Of a stretch of DNA of 35,983 nucleotides, positions 25,334 through 34,731 are shown piece by piece; within the stretch, counting starts at the first letter, position 1; every line of letters begins with the position of its first letter. The DNA is from a virus (taxonomy: Duplodnaviria > Caudoviricetes): positions 1 through 35,983 of the IMG/VR virus record IMGVR_UViG_3300018019_000020; one strand, given 5' to 3'. Under the pieces are notes generated by a model. The model searched no databases, was not told the DNA's origin, and was given only the letters and a program-made list of their open reading frames with translations. Made by a program: the position numbers and the translations under genes.

Positions 25334-25957
25334 TTAGCCCTTAATCATATCAATCAATGATTGTGGAAGTAATCTTTTTAAACGCGCCAGCCATCCGTTT
25401 AAAAACTGAGGTTTGTTTAATGACTGATAGAACAACTGAATTGCCATAATATAATTATCGTAAAGCTTTTGCTGATTCTGAATACCGTTGGCCACTCCTA
25501 ATGTATTATTTCCAAATACACCGTCAGTAACTAACGTAGGAGCTTGCAGAGTGTCGTTACAAGCCTTCTGTAGTATGGAAACTGCTTTAGGTTTCCCTGA
25601 ATTAACCCCGAAGTTGAATAATCTATTGGCAAGTTGAATTGATTTGATTTGTGGATATAAAGGATTCCAGAAATATAAAAAGTATAATTCCTTAGCCTGC
25701 CCCTTAGTTAAACACACAATATCTTTGGCATCAATTACGCCGTCATGGTTTAAGTCCGCGACATCAATATTCAAACCCTGTAAAAAACTTAAAGAAATTC
25801 CATAAGAAGTAGTTCCTCCTGTATCTTTAGTCTGCCTGGCTTGAGATTCGGGAACATATCCACCCTCATCGGTCATTAGCTGATCAAAGAAGGCGTCAAA
25901 ATCATCATAAAAAGCATCTGAATATTCTTGCAAAGTCAATCCATAATATTTTTTCAT
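25334..25957 (-). CDS. Endolysin, glycoside hydrolase family 108 with peptidoglycan-binding C-terminus
   Basis: EGGY...DTGGTTSYGIS...LFNFGVNSG...LQ...DGVFG..T...FLNGWLAR. Confidence 0.92.
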   Translation of the reverse strand: MKKYYGLTLQEYSDAFYDDFDAFFDQLMTDEGGYVPESQARQTKDTGGTTSYGISLSFLQGLNIDVADLNHDGVIDAKDIVCLTKGQAKELYFLYFWNPLYPQIKSIQLANRLFNFGVNSGKPKAVSILQKACNDTLQAPTLVTDGVFGNNTLGVANGIQNQQKLYDNYIMAIQLFYQSLNKPQFLNGWLARLKRLLPQSLIDMIKG

Positions 25958-26211
25958 TTTTCCTTAACAGCGCCGGTATGAAGTTCTTTTTTAAGTTTAT
26001 CTTTTTGCTGATTGCTTAAAGGGCTTCCATTACTTAATAAAAACCTTACTTGCCTTTTAGACTTCTGCTTTGGCGGATCTTCAGGAGTTGCAGCCATACC
26101 TTGATTTCTTTCCCAATCTGGGTCCTTAGCTTCCTTTACTCTGTTAAAGAAGTCATTTTCTTCATCCTTAGACTTCATTTGAGCAGGCGACATATAATTT
26201 TCCTTTTCCAT
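25954..26211 (-). CDS. Hypothetical basic protein
   Basis: 85 aa with GAGGA SD; ends KSKRQVRFLLS.GSPLS..QK.KLK.ELH.G. Confidence 0.6.
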   Translation of the reverse strand: MEKENYMSPAQMKSKDEENDFFNRVKEAKDPDWERNQGMAATPEDPPKQKSKRQVRFLLSNGSPLSNQQKDKLKKELHTGAVKEK

Positions 26212-26218
26212 TATATCC

Positions 26219-26473
26219 TCACTTAATTGGTAACGTCCCCGAAGGTGCAGCGTTTATCTGACCTGGAAGTTGATTTTTAATATCTTTATGGATTACACCC
26301 ACAATGCCGGTTGAACCAAATAACGCTGTGAATCCTATTGCTATCCAATGAGCTACAGTGTTATCCGGAGTAAGCATAATAACAGCGGAGGCAATAGGCG
26401 TTCCTACTGCCCCGATTATTGTCTTCCAACCGTTGAGAGTATTAACTATTTTGTTTACTACGTTCTCATCCAT
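26219..26473 (-). CDS. Putative holin
   Basis: LNGWKTIIG followed by two hydrophobic helices and GIVGVIHK; close to the endolysin. Confidence 0.6.
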   Translation of the reverse strand: MDENVVNKIVNTLNGWKTIIGAVGTPIASAVIMLTPDNTVAHWIAIGFTALFGSTGIVGVIHKDIKNQLPGQINAAPSGTLPIK

Positions 26474-26480
26474 AATTCTT

Positions 26481-26512
26481 AATAAAATCCCCAGTCCATG
26501 AAGAACTGGGGG
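26481..26512 (-). terminator. Possible intrinsic terminator
   Basis: CCCCAGT/ACTGGGG stem (26489-26511), with ATTTTATT following on the minus strand. Confidence 0.45.
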
Positions 26513-26552
26513 ACAAAAAGATTTTTAAGTTCTTTTTGCGGGGGATTGTTCA

Positions 26553-26897
26553 TTAGAAATATTTTTGACAGTAATTCTTAATCTGTACCGCTAAAGCGAT
26601 TCCATCAGTGACAGCTTCGGCTTCGTTAGTACCTGCCTTTAGAACGTTCAATGCCACAACAGCGGCACTAATTTCAGCAACTTCATCCGGTGTGATTGTA
26701 CTAACTAATTCAGATTCGACTTGTGGAAGCGTTCCAACAAAATTAAAACCCGCTTTGGCTTCACTGAATATTTCCAAATCAGTTTTGAAATTGAGAACAT
26801 TAAATTTCTCCCCTATCAAACTTTTCCCAAGTGTGTATGCGCCACCCAAGAAATTGATACCATTAACAATGGCATCTACATTTGTATTTTCAGCCAT
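26553..26897 (-). CDS. Hypothetical helical protein in the lysis region
   Basis: Likely start MAENTNVDAIV at 26897 rather than TTG 26993. Confidence 0.55.
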   Translation of the reverse strand: MAENTNVDAIVNGINFLGGAYTLGKSLIGEKFNVLNFKTDLEIFSEAKAGFNFVGTLPQVESELVSTITPDEVAEISAAVVALNVLKAGTNEAEAVTDGIALAVQIKNYCQKYF

Positions 26898-27000
26898 GAC
26901 TTTATCCATCCTATATTTATTATTATTAATATCGACAGGTTGTTCTTCTAAACCCGCCGCTATAGTTTTTTTAACATACGTTAATATAAACAATTTATGA

Positions 27001-27183
27001 TTAAATTCTATAGTTAGCGATTCCCAAATTACCGAACACCAGACTTAATAGCCAAAGTATGCAGATAACTATAAAAATCACCTGTATAATTTTCTTGATC
27101 TTTGCATCTATTGGCAAAAGTCCTATTAAGTACCACACGAGTCCCAAGACCAAGAGAACGATTAACAATGTTATGATTGACAT
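27001..27183 (-). CDS. Small 2-TM membrane protein (Thivi_2564-like)
   Basis: LLIVLLVLGLVWYLI.LLPIDAKIKKII....IVI.ILWLL. Confidence 0.7.
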   Translation of the reverse strand: MSIITLLIVLLVLGLVWYLIGLLPIDAKIKKIIQVIFIVICILWLLSLVFGNLGIANYRI

Positions 27184-27198
27184 TTTATACCTTCCTAT

Positions 27199-27591
27199 CT
27201 ATTTTTTATAAAAGAAATTACTAATTGCTATTATTATACCTATCAAAGCAATAAATAAACCGGCCAATGATATAATTGTTACCCTAGTTACAGACGTCTG
27301 TGATGCTTTGCCTTCTAAAGATGCTTTACTTAATTGTAAATCTTTTATATCCTTGTCTAAGGAGATCATCTTATCATAATAGGTTTCTTGACGTAGAAAA
27401 GTAGTATTATCATCCATTCGATCTTTTGTATATTCAGCACGCAGATTATTTAATTCGTTTAATCTCTTGTCAAGTTCCAGTTTACTTAAGATTAAAGCAT
27501 TCTCACTATTTCTAAAATGTAGCTGTAACTGCTTTTCTCTCTCAGCAAAGATTCTTTCGATAAACTCTTTTAGGGTAATCTCGTCTGCCAT
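27199..27591 (-). CDS. Coiled-coil protein with C-terminal TM helix
   Basis: ITLKEFIER...LDKRL.ELN.LR, ending in a hydrophobic helix. Confidence 0.65.
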   Translation of the reverse strand: MADEITLKEFIERIFAEREKQLQLHFRNSENALILSKLELDKRLNELNNLRAEYTKDRMDDNTTFLRQETYYDKMISLDKDIKDLQLSKASLEGKASQTSVTRVTIISLAGLFIALIGIIIAISNFFYKK

Positions 27592-27596
27592 AATAT

Positions 27597-27947
27597 TTAT
27601 ACTTCTTTATCCTTGAATCTGAAATTATATTCAGCCATTAATTTTTCTCGTTCTTCATCAATGTACTGTGTAAAGGGGATACCGTTACTTGCTTTTCTTA
27701 AAGCATAAATAGCACATTGAGAATCTACTCGGTTGAGTATCAGTTCTCTTTGCATCATGTTGAACGATGTATTTAATTCTTTTGTCTCCGTAACATGCTG
27801 CTCTTGAAATTCAAATAAACCCTGGATTTTCTTTAATTGCTCTTCTTCATTCTTTTTCTTCTCCTCAAAACGTGATTTTATCAGTATTGTTATAATACCT
27901 AAAAAAAATGTTATTAATCCGCCGATTGAAACTTCAAGTATCCACAC
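27597..27947 (-). CDS. N-terminally anchored membrane protein (holin/antiholin-like)
   Basis: GTG start with GAGGA SD; one TM helix then a charged coil. Confidence 0.55.
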   Translation of the reverse strand: MWILEVSIGGLITFFLGIITILIKSRFEEKKKNEEEQLKKIQGLFEFQEQHVTETKELNTSFNMMQRELILNRVDSQCAIYALRKASNGIPFTQYIDEEREKLMAEYNFRFKDKEV

Positions 27948-27964
27948 TGTATTATTCCTCTATA

Positions 27965-28408
27965 TTACTTTGAAATCGGCATTATATTAATGCCAGCTTT
28001 GAATTTAATTATTTTACTATATGTTTGAGCCGCTCCAAGTTTGGGCAACAAGTAAACTGTTTGAGGATAATATAAGCCCGGCATCAATGAATAAAATAAA
28101 ACAGAGTTTAAAGCCATGTATTTCATTTTTGTTAAGGCTACTGAATAAATTGTGGTATCACTTACAGAGCCAACAGCCATATACTTGCTTGAATCCGTTC
28201 CTATTCCCGTAGTGTCCCCTAAGTATATATAGAATGAGACGGTAGTAATAGTATTAACGGAATCAGCATACATGCCCAAGAGTGCTTGCCCTTCATACAT
28301 CTTGATTACGCTACCGTAAGTAGCACCCGCCGGCACAGTTGACGTTAAAACGTCCTGAGCTAAAACAGGGATTGATAAAAACAACAATAACAACACTAAC
28401 TTTTTCAT
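27965..28408 (-). CDS. Beta-rich protein with Sec-type signal peptide
   Basis: MKKLVLLLLFLSIPVLA|QDV; GAGG SD. Confidence 0.7.
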   Translation of the reverse strand: MKKLVLLLLFLSIPVLAQDVLTSTVPAGATYGSVIKMYEGQALLGMYADSVNTITTVSFYIYLGDTTGIGTDSSKYMAVGSVSDTTIYSVALTKMKYMALNSVLFYSLMPGLYYPQTVYLLPKLGAAQTYSKIIKFKAGINIMPISK

Positions 28409-28446
28409 TTTTTACCTCTATATAAATTAACTAATTACTACAATAA

Positions 28447-28848
28447 TCACAAATCATTAACGGCTTTATCATAATCAAACCATTTAACATTTAAAGCCGA
28501 ACATAAAAGCTTTTCAATACCGGTTGCAAATAAATGCTCATTTTGGTAGGGAGCTTCCAAAGAATCGCCGGGCTCTGAATTGTCGCCTTCTTTTCTCAAG
28601 GCTTCATACTTCATATCAAAGTCCGTAATTTTCCTTTCATCTATTCCACGTTTTTTGCAAAGCAATGCTTCGGTAAATTCGTGAATTGCAACTAAATTAT
28701 TAAAATCGTCATTCTTAATATCAGAAACCCAAATATGAAGATTGCCTTTTTTATCAAATTTCCAATCTCCTACAGTTTCATATCTTTGGTCTTTGTGAGA
28801 GATTACATCAATAATAATTCTTCTTTTAACCTTAGAATGTGATGCCAT
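28447..28848 (-). CDS. Putative zincin-like metalloprotein (HExxE)
   Basis: QRYETVGDW...VAIHEFTEALLC...EPGD...APY..EH.FAT.IE; start at ATG 28848 with GAGGAAGG upstream. Confidence 0.6.
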   Translation of the reverse strand: MASHSKVKRRIIIDVISHKDQRYETVGDWKFDKKGNLHIWVSDIKNDDFNNLVAIHEFTEALLCKKRGIDERKITDFDMKYEALRKEGDNSEPGDSLEAPYQNEHLFATGIEKLLCSALNVKWFDYDKAVNDL

Positions 28849-30064
28849 ATTTTCTACCTTCCTCAATTACTTTCAACGCTTTATCTAACGAATCAATATC
28901 AATATCCAATGAATCTGCTTCTATGCCTTCACAATTACTTTTGCAGGCTTGTGTGGCTTCTTCTAACGTGTTCCCTAAGCCTACCACAGCTCCAAACTCT
29001 TCCATATCATAAACCGGCAAAGAATACCACTCATCATCAATTGTAGCCCAGTTAATTAGTTTTACCCATTTCTTTTTATCTTCGGGTACTTTAACCGGCA
29101 GCATATTCTTAATTGCAAATTCAGAGTTCATTATTGCAATAGCGCCGTATTTAAACTCTATATCGGGTTCAATCAAATTTCCTTTAGCGGCTTCCAACAT
29201 CATTTTACCTAAATTCTTAATATTGGTAATATGAATTTGATAAGGAGGATTAGGCAATCTTAAAGTTTCGTCAATGGGATAAGGAACTCTTTTATCAGTT
29301 ACTCTGATTTCGTTTGATATAGGACCGCGCATTTTCTCACGCTTAAAAACTTCCGCCAACTTTTCATTAACTGTTAAAATTGATTGAGGCAAGTTTTTAT
29401 AATCTACATATTTTCCTACATATCCGCAGTCTTTAATTTCATAACCATATAAACTTTTATTGGGATATTTCCCATCCACACTAAATCCATCGTAACCGAT
29501 TTCCACACCTTCAATTTTATTAACTAAAATAAATTTCATTAGCTCTTTGTAAGCGCCCAATTCAACAGCGATTTCATCAAACCTTTGATCCGATCTAACT
29601 TTGTCAATATTCTTTATGGTTTCAAAGTCGCCTCTATTCTCATTAATCTTTATAAACTGATTAGGTTTAACAGTTTCCCTAAGTTTCTTTAATCCTATTA
29701 CTTCTTCAGTACGTGCAAGTGGAAGCCCTACTTTCTTCTGCCACTCCGCACAAGCCACCCTATCACGCTCTAACCAAGATGATATACCTGTTCCCCAAAC
29801 CAAACAACCTTGATCTTTAAGCCATTGCTGAAATTTGCCGTCATAACAATCAGGGAAAACAAACAAATCAACTTCCTTCCAGACTTCCCAAAAATCATCG
29901 GGATCAATTCTCGTAACGCCCTTAATGCCTTCGCCAACTAATTTCTCACGAGTTTTGGGGTAACCATTGCGGATATTACAGATATAGTAAACAGTTTCAA
30001 ACTCTTCGGCTAATCTTTCAGCTAATGGCACAAACCAGCCAAAGTCCCAAACTAAGGCTATCAT
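28832..30064 (-). CDS. ATP-grasp ligase, distantly PurD (GAR synthetase)-like
   Basis: VWG....WLERDR......VGLP, FIK, IEGVEIG.DGF and PIDETLRLPNPP parallel PurD IFGP...LE.SK, LEGEE and IEFNARFGDPE. Confidence 0.75.
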   Translation of the reverse strand: MIALVWDFGWFVPLAERLAEEFETVYYICNIRNGYPKTREKLVGEGIKGVTRIDPDDFWEVWKEVDLFVFPDCYDGKFQQWLKDQGCLVWGTGISSWLERDRVACAEWQKKVGLPLARTEEVIGLKKLRETVKPNQFIKINENRGDFETIKNIDKVRSDQRFDEIAVELGAYKELMKFILVNKIEGVEIGYDGFSVDGKYPNKSLYGYEIKDCGYVGKYVDYKNLPQSILTVNEKLAEVFKREKMRGPISNEIRVTDKRVPYPIDETLRLPNPPYQIHITNIKNLGKMMLEAAKGNLIEPDIEFKYGAIAIMNSEFAIKNMLPVKVPEDKKKWVKLINWATIDDEWYSLPVYDMEEFGAVVGLGNTLEEATQACKSNCEGIEADSLDIDIDSLDKALKVIEEGRKYGITF

Positions 30065-30654
30065 TCTATAACCCTCCCAATCTTTTTATAGATTCTCCTC
30101 TGCAAAGATACTCTTTGCTTAGCCGGGAGGTTTTCCATAATAGGTTTAAGTTGATCTAAAAACTCAGGATTATTCTTAAATAAATCAGTTTGCGCATAAG
30201 GTAAATACTTCTGAATATCTTCGGGATGGTCTTTAAGAACTCCACCCTGATCAACAGCCGGAAGCCTTTGAAACATTTTAACATCTTGAGGTACGTCTGA
30301 ATTTTTATCTAATTCCTTTACAAAATTAGATTTTAAATCAATCAATCCTTTATTAACATAATCATTTAATTTATCTTCAAATTGAGGGCTATTCTGTTTC
30401 TTCAGGTTTCTTAAATCAGTTTTGGCTTGATCGATTTCCCTTTGTGAATACGGCTTAGTTCCACCACCGAAACGTTTGTCGTAAAGTTCATCAATATCAT
30501 TTTGAGCCGAAGTATTAGTTATATATTTAGGAGCTTTATTAAAACCTAATAATCCTGAGGCTCTTTCTTCAATGGGCTTACCGCTTGTTTTTAAGTACTG
30601 TTGGACTCCAAATGGTAAAGGCGCCATATGAAGTGCGGCTTGCCAAGTCTCCAT
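30061..30654 (-). CDS. Probable C-terminal part of the large ejection protein
   Basis: Begins in frame immediately after the TAA of the 988-aa ORF; no SD. Confidence 0.55.
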   Translation of the reverse strand: METWQAALHMAPLPFGVQQYLKTSGKPIEERASGLLGFNKAPKYITNTSAQNDIDELYDKRFGGGTKPYSQREIDQAKTDLRNLKKQNSPQFEDKLNDYVNKGLIDLKSNFVKELDKNSDVPQDVKMFQRLPAVDQGGVLKDHPEDIQKYLPYAQTDLFKNNPEFLDQLKPIMENLPAKQRVSLQRRIYKKIGRVIE

Positions 30655-33621
30655 TTAAATAGGAGCATTTGGATCATAGACCTCATAACCGTAAAAATCT
30701 TTATTTTGCCACAACTCCATAAGTTTTCCGATCTCACCGGAAGTTGAAGAAGTTAAATAATTAACCTGGTTCTTAGCAAAAGACATAGCATCTTTGAAAT
30801 AATCCATTATTTGGATTCTTGAACCATCTTTGTTTATTTTTGGAGCCACTAAATCTTTGAATGATGTAGTCGGACCTTGTCCAAAAGCCAGCTGAATTGC
30901 GTTTGCCATAGCCGTATGAATAGTCGCCAATCCCAAAACAAAAGCTAAATTTCTGTTTAGTCTCGGAGCACGACCTTCTTTTGCTGCATCATAAAACTCT
31001 TTGCCTTGCTCGAAAGGAGCTGAAGCGAATAAATGCAAAGTTCCTTGCTTCCAAGTCACCGATCTGAATAATAGTTGTAACGCACTCTTAAAAGTTCTAT
31101 TCCAGTAGAATCTATCAAAATTCTTTTCTCCAAAAATATCTTCAACATGAGTTACGTTTTTACTTGCTAATTGAGACTCTGTAATTTTGCCTGATTTTAA
31201 ATCTTCCGCATGAGTTACCAAATCGTCAGACAATCCTTTTAAGAAAGCCCCCCACTTTATATTAGGTATAAAATGGTCGAATAAAGGCGCCATTACAATT
31301 TGATTCAAGGAAGGCAAAGCATGAAAAAGCATAGCACCCATAGGATCTTGATTATTCCAAGCCTGTTTGAAAGCATTGACGGACTTATTCTTATATTCAT
31401 CTTGTAGTTTTGCAGTAAGTCCATTCTCAAAGCCTAAATCTATTAAGTGCCCGGCTTCAGGGAATTGTTTTAGTAAACTTTTACCGGCTTCACTATTTTT
31501 GAAACCGTCTTCTGTAAGTAATCTTAAAGCGTCTCTACCAATATTGTAATCAATTTTAGGAGCAGCCGGAGAAGTTAAGACATCTTTTATGCCTTGTCCA
31601 ACTCTGCCAAAATCACCCACAAATAAAGAACTACTTAAAATCTTCTGATACCCCAGACCTAACTGATGAGCCATTGAGGCTATTGAAACAAAACTAAAAT
31701 GATAAGGGCTGAAAGATAATTCTGTTGCGGTATAAGCGTTTTTTATCCACATCATACCTTTACCAAAATCACTGGTTCTTATTAAATCAGTCGATAAGTG
31801 ATTGTTCAAAAGCCTGCCAAAGCCTTCATCAACATACCACTCACCCGGAGAAGTCATTACTTTATCTATTTTACTTTTAAAATAAACCTTAGCAATACCA
31901 TCATTTAACTTTACGAAACCATCGGGGATATCTTTACCATGCCTTACAAATACTCTTAATCCCAAATCCTTAGCGGCATCCCACATTCTATTCGCAGTTA
32001 TGAATTTATACGCATCAGCATAAGAAGCCTTAAAATTGGTTAAGGGATTATAACTATAAGGAATTCCACCTTTCTGAATGCCTTCGCTCATATCTTCAAG
32101 AGTAGAATGTTTAAACATTCCCTTCGTACCTTGTAGTGGTCTTCTGAATAATCCTTTGAAACCTCCCTGTTCTGTTTCGGCTCCCGGAATCTTTTTCCAC
32201 ATCACTCTTAAATGATTTTCTTTCCAATTTATGCTTGGATTATGTTTCTGCAATTCATCATAAACAGTTTTATCAACTCCCTTAATATAATCCGCGATTA
32301 ATTGTAAATGTTCATTTTGTTGAGGTAATCCTCTTTTGTATCTATCAATGAAAGCCACTTGGTCATGTTGATTCATTTTCCCTAACATATTTTCCCATTC
32401 ACTTGAAGCTCTGTCAAGTATGGTAGCGGCTTTATTTTGGTCGCCTAATGTTTTATCAACAATCATACGAGCTTCTCTATCAACTCCAAAAGTAGGGGCG
32501 ACAAGGTTAACAAAACCTTTGATTGTATTCTTACCGCCTTTTATTAAATCTTTAACAATAGGTGAAAGCGAGTTATTAACAAATTCATTTATATATGGAA
32601 GCCTTGATGCTAAAACTTGACCGTTATCACCAAATAAATTCTCTTGGCTCTTATTTTCCGTTTGCTGTATGGGAGCTTCTTCGGGAGTTTCAACCTTTGG
32701 CGTTTCGGGAATGGGGGCTTCTTCTTTTGGCAATTCGTTTGGAGCGGGTTGATTCTCTTTGGAAGTTTCAACTACATTATTTTTCTCTGCTAAATCAGAT
32801 TTATTATCTACTTCAGCGTTAAGATTAATTTCCGGTTGTAAGTCTGTAAGTTTTTCTACTCCGGTACCTTCCGGTCCTACCTGTGCCTTAGGTTCTTGAT
32901 AAGCCCCCTGAGGCTTGCTTTTGATGTCAACCATTGGAGAATATTTTTCAGGCATTAAACCCTTATAGCCTGCATCTAAGCCATGAGCTAAAAGTAATTG
33001 AGCTAAGCCTTGATTTAATCCGGACATTGATTGAGATAATTGATCTGCTTGTTTCTGAGGCAGTCCTAAATTCTTTACATTTTGCGGAAGTCCTTGACCT
33101 AATTTATCAAGAGCGTTTTCACCAGCTTGCACACCTTGACCTACTGCATTAAATGGAGTGTTGATTACATTAGATACGCCTTCACCACCGGGAAGTTGTC
33201 TCAAACCATAATCTGCAACACCAAATAAACTTCCTATTGTAGATAAACCCGCATTGCCTATGTCAACGACACCGGATAAATAATTACCAACACCCTTGCC
33301 TACATTTGAACCTGTAAATGCCTGCTTAAATTCACCTATAGCTTTATCTAATTTTTGTCCAGGTTGAGATAAAATATCCATAAGCTCGGATGATTGCTTT
33401 TTTGGTTGATTATTTGTTGTTTGCGGATTTGGAGGCGTAAATTTATTTTTTCCTAAAGTATCACCCGTTGAAACTGCCGGATTTTGTTGATTCAAACTTG
33501 CTTTATATTTATCTGGCGGTATGTTTAAATCAAGTAATTTTACGTTTTTATCTGTCGACATCTTTTTGTAGGTGTCCGGGGGTATGTTTAAATCAAGTAA
33601 TTTAGGAGAACCGTCTTGCAT
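30655..33621 (-). CDS. Large internal virion / DNA ejection protein
   Basis: Third and largest gene after two Gln/Gly-rich genes; KLLDLNIPPD x2, Gly-rich amphipathic segment, late NKDFYG motif. Confidence 0.7.
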   Translation of the reverse strand: MQDGSPKLLDLNIPPDTYKKMSTDKNVKLLDLNIPPDKYKASLNQQNPAVSTGDTLGKNKFTPPNPQTTNNQPKKQSSELMDILSQPGQKLDKAIGEFKQAFTGSNVGKGVGNYLSGVVDIGNAGLSTIGSLFGVADYGLRQLPGGEGVSNVINTPFNAVGQGVQAGENALDKLGQGLPQNVKNLGLPQKQADQLSQSMSGLNQGLAQLLLAHGLDAGYKGLMPEKYSPMVDIKSKPQGAYQEPKAQVGPEGTGVEKLTDLQPEINLNAEVDNKSDLAEKNNVVETSKENQPAPNELPKEEAPIPETPKVETPEEAPIQQTENKSQENLFGDNGQVLASRLPYINEFVNNSLSPIVKDLIKGGKNTIKGFVNLVAPTFGVDREARMIVDKTLGDQNKAATILDRASSEWENMLGKMNQHDQVAFIDRYKRGLPQQNEHLQLIADYIKGVDKTVYDELQKHNPSINWKENHLRVMWKKIPGAETEQGGFKGLFRRPLQGTKGMFKHSTLEDMSEGIQKGGIPYSYNPLTNFKASYADAYKFITANRMWDAAKDLGLRVFVRHGKDIPDGFVKLNDGIAKVYFKSKIDKVMTSPGEWYVDEGFGRLLNNHLSTDLIRTSDFGKGMMWIKNAYTATELSFSPYHFSFVSIASMAHQLGLGYQKILSSSLFVGDFGRVGQGIKDVLTSPAAPKIDYNIGRDALRLLTEDGFKNSEAGKSLLKQFPEAGHLIDLGFENGLTAKLQDEYKNKSVNAFKQAWNNQDPMGAMLFHALPSLNQIVMAPLFDHFIPNIKWGAFLKGLSDDLVTHAEDLKSGKITESQLASKNVTHVEDIFGEKNFDRFYWNRTFKSALQLLFRSVTWKQGTLHLFASAPFEQGKEFYDAAKEGRAPRLNRNLAFVLGLATIHTAMANAIQLAFGQGPTTSFKDLVAPKINKDGSRIQIMDYFKDAMSFAKNQVNYLTSSTSGEIGKLMELWQNKDFYGYEVYDPNAPI

Positions 33622-33630
33622 TGGATATTC

Positions 33631-34689
33631 TTATTTTACATAACTACGAGCTTCATCTTCGGAAATATTCCATTTCTTAGCATAAGCTTTTATATTTTCA
33701 TCTAAAGCAGCTTGATCATTTTTTTTACCTTTGCTCGACTTTTTGTCTAATGCTGCCGCTTGATTTTTAGCTGCATTAAGTTTAATAACTTCCTTAATCC
33801 TGTCTTGCGTGAGAGAAGTATAAGTGCCGGGATTACTTACTTTAAGGTCTTTAACATTTAGTTGTTCATCAATCGCTGCAATATTATCTTGAGCGTTTTT
33901 CATTATCTCATTGGGATCATGCTCTTTATTATACTTACCCATTTCAAATTGAAGTCTTTCAGCAGGGATAGGAGATTCTCCTTTTGGTAAAGGTTTCCAC
34001 TCATCACTTGTCTCACCTCTATCATTAGTTGTTCTAACTAATACGAATTTTTGATCTCCAACGGTTTTAACTTGAGGATTTCCTTTCGCGTCTAAAGGAG
34101 TTTCAACTTTTACCGGTTCTTTTTCCTCACCTTTTTGAATAAGTTGAGGAGCTTCAGAAGGATTAGTTTCATTAAACCTATAAAGGCTCGAAGTAGATGG
34201 AACAGCCAAGTTCTGATATTGAGCCATTGGAGTTTCACTACCTTGAGCAAAGGTCTGCAATCCCATTATCGCTGATTGCTTTTGCTCAGGGGATAAGTTT
34301 TGGAACATTGAGGATTTCATCATTACATCTGCTAAGGCTCTTAAATTCTTTTGCTTTTGTTCTAAAGGGCTCATTTCAGCGTAATGGTTACCTTGCTGCG
34401 GAGGGCTGATTTGAGACAGTGATTGAGGATGTCCGGGTACATTTTGAACGCCTCCAATTCCTACATTAGGCGGAGGTTGTAAATCACTTAATCTTGAAGG
34501 GGAGATTCCATTAGGAATGCTTCCAACTTTCTGAAAGTTATTAGCAATTTGATCATGCGCTTGACCTAATAAACTATTGAAAGCATTTTGTTCTTTCTGT
34601 TTAGTCAAATCCTGCATGAAAGAATCAAAGCCTTGAACGCCAGGCTGTAAGTAACCGGCTTGTCTTAAAGAATCCGCTATACCAGGCAT
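33631..34689 (-). CDS. Internal virion / ejection protein
   Basis: 352 aa, Gln/Pro-rich and helical, AAAGGAG SD, podoviral ejectosome position. Confidence 0.6.
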   Translation of the reverse strand: MPGIADSLRQAGYLQPGVQGFDSFMQDLTKQKEQNAFNSLLGQAHDQIANNFQKVGSIPNGISPSRLSDLQPPPNVGIGGVQNVPGHPQSLSQISPPQQGNHYAEMSPLEQKQKNLRALADVMMKSSMFQNLSPEQKQSAIMGLQTFAQGSETPMAQYQNLAVPSTSSLYRFNETNPSEAPQLIQKGEEKEPVKVETPLDAKGNPQVKTVGDQKFVLVRTTNDRGETSDEWKPLPKGESPIPAERLQFEMGKYNKEHDPNEIMKNAQDNIAAIDEQLNVKDLKVSNPGTYTSLTQDRIKEVIKLNAAKNQAAALDKKSSKGKKNDQAALDENIKAYAKKWNISEDEARSYVK

Positions 34690-34731
34690 ATTAAAACTCC
34701 TTTAATTACCACTTGAACTACTTTTACCAAA

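Noticed and set aside
26969-26996. TTTTAACATAC as a third Xer arm
   Set aside because: Mismatch in the conserved inner ATAA, no partner arm, and AT-rich context makes chance likely.
28832-30064. Calling the ATP-grasp gene purD as a purine auxiliary metabolic gene
   Set aside because: Signature motifs are diverged and the context is virion and lysis genes.
30655-30657. Genome-wide stop-codon reassignment
   Set aside because: TAA, TGA and TAG all end well-packed genes and coding density is high under the standard code.
31367-34409. Several short plus-strand ORFs (similar ones at 14093, 14477, 26608, 26721, 28021)
   Set aside because: Antisense to well-supported genes, with no recognisable motifs.
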